Part shown: positions 61,703 to 64,000 of the stretch, piece after piece | Position numbering within the stretch: the first letter of the stretch is position 1 | How the letters are laid out: the number at the start of each line of letters is the position of its first letter | Origin: Lingula anatina | Taxonomy: Eukaryota; Animalia; Brachiopoda | Direction: 5' to 3' | Assembly: GCA_051362555.1 (NCBI GenBank) | Contig: CM120643.1 | Span: 6,138,001 to 6,202,000, forward strand | Length of the DNA stretch: 64,000 nt | Notes under the pieces: generated by a model | Database searches by the model: none | What the model was told of the DNA's origin: nothing | What the model saw: the letters and a program-made list of their open reading frames with translations, nothing else | Translations under genes and position numbers: made by a program

Positions 61703-63075
61703 TTAAGCATTTGCTGTCTTGCTGAGTAAGAGATGCCATTTAACGTATCAAGATCGATTATTTTGTCTCATAAGTGAAGTACTGTATGTAGAATTAAGAA
61801 ATTTCAATTTCCATTTGAGAAAAATCCCTTCTTGAAAAGCTGATTTCGTATATGTAAATACCACTCATGATGGGAAAGAAACTACTTTCGTGTTTTACTT
61901 ACCTCTGAACGTACTAGTAGTTCTTACAACGTAAAATATGTACACGTTTTATCCTGAAATATAATTTTTTGCCATTAATCTGTTGGACAAATACAGGTTC
62001 TGGGTACAAATGATGGGACCATTTATGTGAATGAAAAATATTTAATTTTCCAAATTTAACTGTTTTCGGCAATTCAATCTTACCATCATCCTTCATTCTA
62101 TCGACCAGATGATGCAGAAATTATTGATATTTATTCGAATTTAGAACAATATGTGTTCAGAAGGGTTTTATTTTTCCAATTGAAAATGGATGTAGGAATT
62201 ATGATAAATTTCGTGATCTGTCCTTTGGATTTAACTCAGATTTCATAAGTGAGCATGTAGTTTGTTTTCTATGTAGTTTTTGTAAGGGATTTTTTTAAAT
62301 TTCATTTTAATATCTAACGTCCATTAGTCCTCCCATTTTGTCAATAGCTGTATATACGTCGTATATGTTTTTACGTATGACTTTTGACATTTTTTTTTTT
62401 TTTTTTTTTTGCCAAACATAACGAAAGTGCGTGTCTGTTTTTTTTTCCAGCGATAAGTGTCCGACTTAAATTTTTTTTCAATTTCATATTCCCTATATAA
62501 ACTAGTGTTTATTATTCTGTCCATTTTGTCAATAGCTAGGTAAACGCTGTATGTGATTTTATGTTAGTACTTTTGACACCGAGTCCAGAATGGGTCTCTC
62601 TCCTCGGGGAGGGCGGAGACTACATCCACCATTGTTTTTTTTTAATGAAGAAGTTGGAATATTTTGTTTGTTTCATTAAGATCAAACATAAGACCATTAA
62701 TGTGGTAGACAGTTTATTTGTCAAGTCGAATAGATAAGAACGTTATATTTTTTACACCTGTAAGTGAATTTAAATGCAGACACCAATAATATTCTCAAAT
62801 ATACTTGTAGTAATAAAAAGACAACACAAAGATGTTTTATAGATAAATGTTTTATAAATAATTGAATACAGCAAAATAAATTCGAATTGCTCTTAATAAA
62901 AAAACTTATTGAATATACAAAATGTCTTAGTGTTTTTACTGATGGCTATATTTCTCAGTGGTAGCCTGGGGTTGGGGTTCGATTCCTGGCTCGGGCACTT
63001 TGGAATTACAATGAGGTGCTATTAGAATTTTTCTTTGGTTACTATAAGAAGGAAGTCCACCCGGGGAGGGTGGGT

Positions 63076-63150
63076 GGGAACACTTAGAGAAGTAGGTAAG
63101 GCGCTTGTCTCTGAGACAGAAGGTCCCCAGTTCGATTCCTGGCGCTTCTA
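63076..63150 (+). pseudogene. tRNA-like relic (tRNA pseudogene or SINE head)
   Basis: A-box-like TAGAGAAGTAGGTAAGGCG, anticodon-like arm TTGT-CTCTGAG-ACAG and T-arm CCAG-TTCGATTC-CTGG (B box GTTCGATTC). The acceptor and D stems pair poorly, so it is probably non-functional. Confidence 0.5.
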
Positions 63151-64000
63151 GGTCCCAACAAATTACCTTTTGCAAAAATAAACCCAAATAAACTATTTAC
63201 ACTACTACAAGAGGATCATACGAATGAGGAAAATCAAGCTGAGACAGTAGCTCAATAGGTAAGGCGACAGATCAAGAAAGAGAAGACGTCTAAGTTGATA
63301 ACCAAAGGTTCAAGGCGATTTGAAGACAAGAATGAACAAGCGGCATTTTTTGCACATTTTGAAACTACATCTATTACAACTTTCATGTACGTTTATTAAA
63401 AGAAATACAAGCAATTGCGCCGTACATAAAATAATTTTCATAACGACTGAGCATTTCGAGATGTAAATCAATCTTAAATACAACTATCTACAACTAAATG
63501 TGTGGGAGATTTTATGCACTTTTGAAAAGTGTCGCTCAATATCAATTTCATTTTAATATCTAACGTCCATTAGTCCTTCCATTTTGTCAATAGCTGTATA
63601 TACGCCGTATATGTTTTTATCAATCTTTTTGATTTTGAAAAAGAACATGAAATTTTGGGCTTTTTGCCCAGAGTTTAAAGTGAAAGTTGAAGATTTGTCG
63701 CGATGTACTTTACAGCCATCGTTCAAAGTTGACATTGAAGTATTTGTCTTATGAGTGAGCCAAATTGTAACAGTATTGAAATTCAAAGTGCATATGATCT
63801 CGTGTGAGCGTTCTCCTCGCACGCGGGAACGCATTCATGACCCTACAACTAACTCCATGTTGCCATGCTGATGAGCACACACAACACCAAACAGCAGTCA
63901 AACATTATTCAGCTCGGTAAATTTGCTTTTTTCATAGATAAATAAATATGCACCTGATATTGTGCGTCATTTTTTTCTCTTTTAAATCTTAAAATAGGAT

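Noticed and set aside
63076-63150. Functional tRNA-Gln(CTG)
   Set aside because: Acceptor, D and anticodon stems have multiple mismatches and the overall pattern is not that of a canonical Gln tRNA, so it is treated as a relic.

Overview
AT-rich, repeat-dense eukaryotic (animal) genomic DNA with spliceosomal GT-AG genes. The repeat families suggest a mollusc or other lophotrochozoan, but this is inference. Most ORFs in the supplied track are spurious, so I assembled genes by reading splice sites and phases by hand. Three host genes emerged: (1) a + strand ~260-aa CBM20 (starch/glycogen-binding) protein whose C-terminal half is built from duplicated phase-1 micro-exons (11028-14509); (2) a - strand, intact, 10-exon ~555-aa 'mini-polycystin-1' with signal peptide, TM1, PLAT and TM2-5, lacking both the REJ/GAIN ectodomain and the channel domain (23906-28586); (3) a - strand FASTKD/RAP-domain mitochondrial RNA-binding gene with one frameshift and an unannotated terminal exon (50920-53747). 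The rest is largely transposon-derived: a 62-bp minisatellite split by an internally deleted ISL2EU element (THAP-DDE transposase plus SAP-YqaJ exonuclease) and a MITE, several non-autonomous Helentrons carrying tandem arrays, an Academ-like long-TIR element containing a Tc1 relic, Harbinger/hAT/Kolobok-like MITEs, an RTE LINE fragment and tRNA-like relics. All domain calls come from motif recognition by eye, not database searches.
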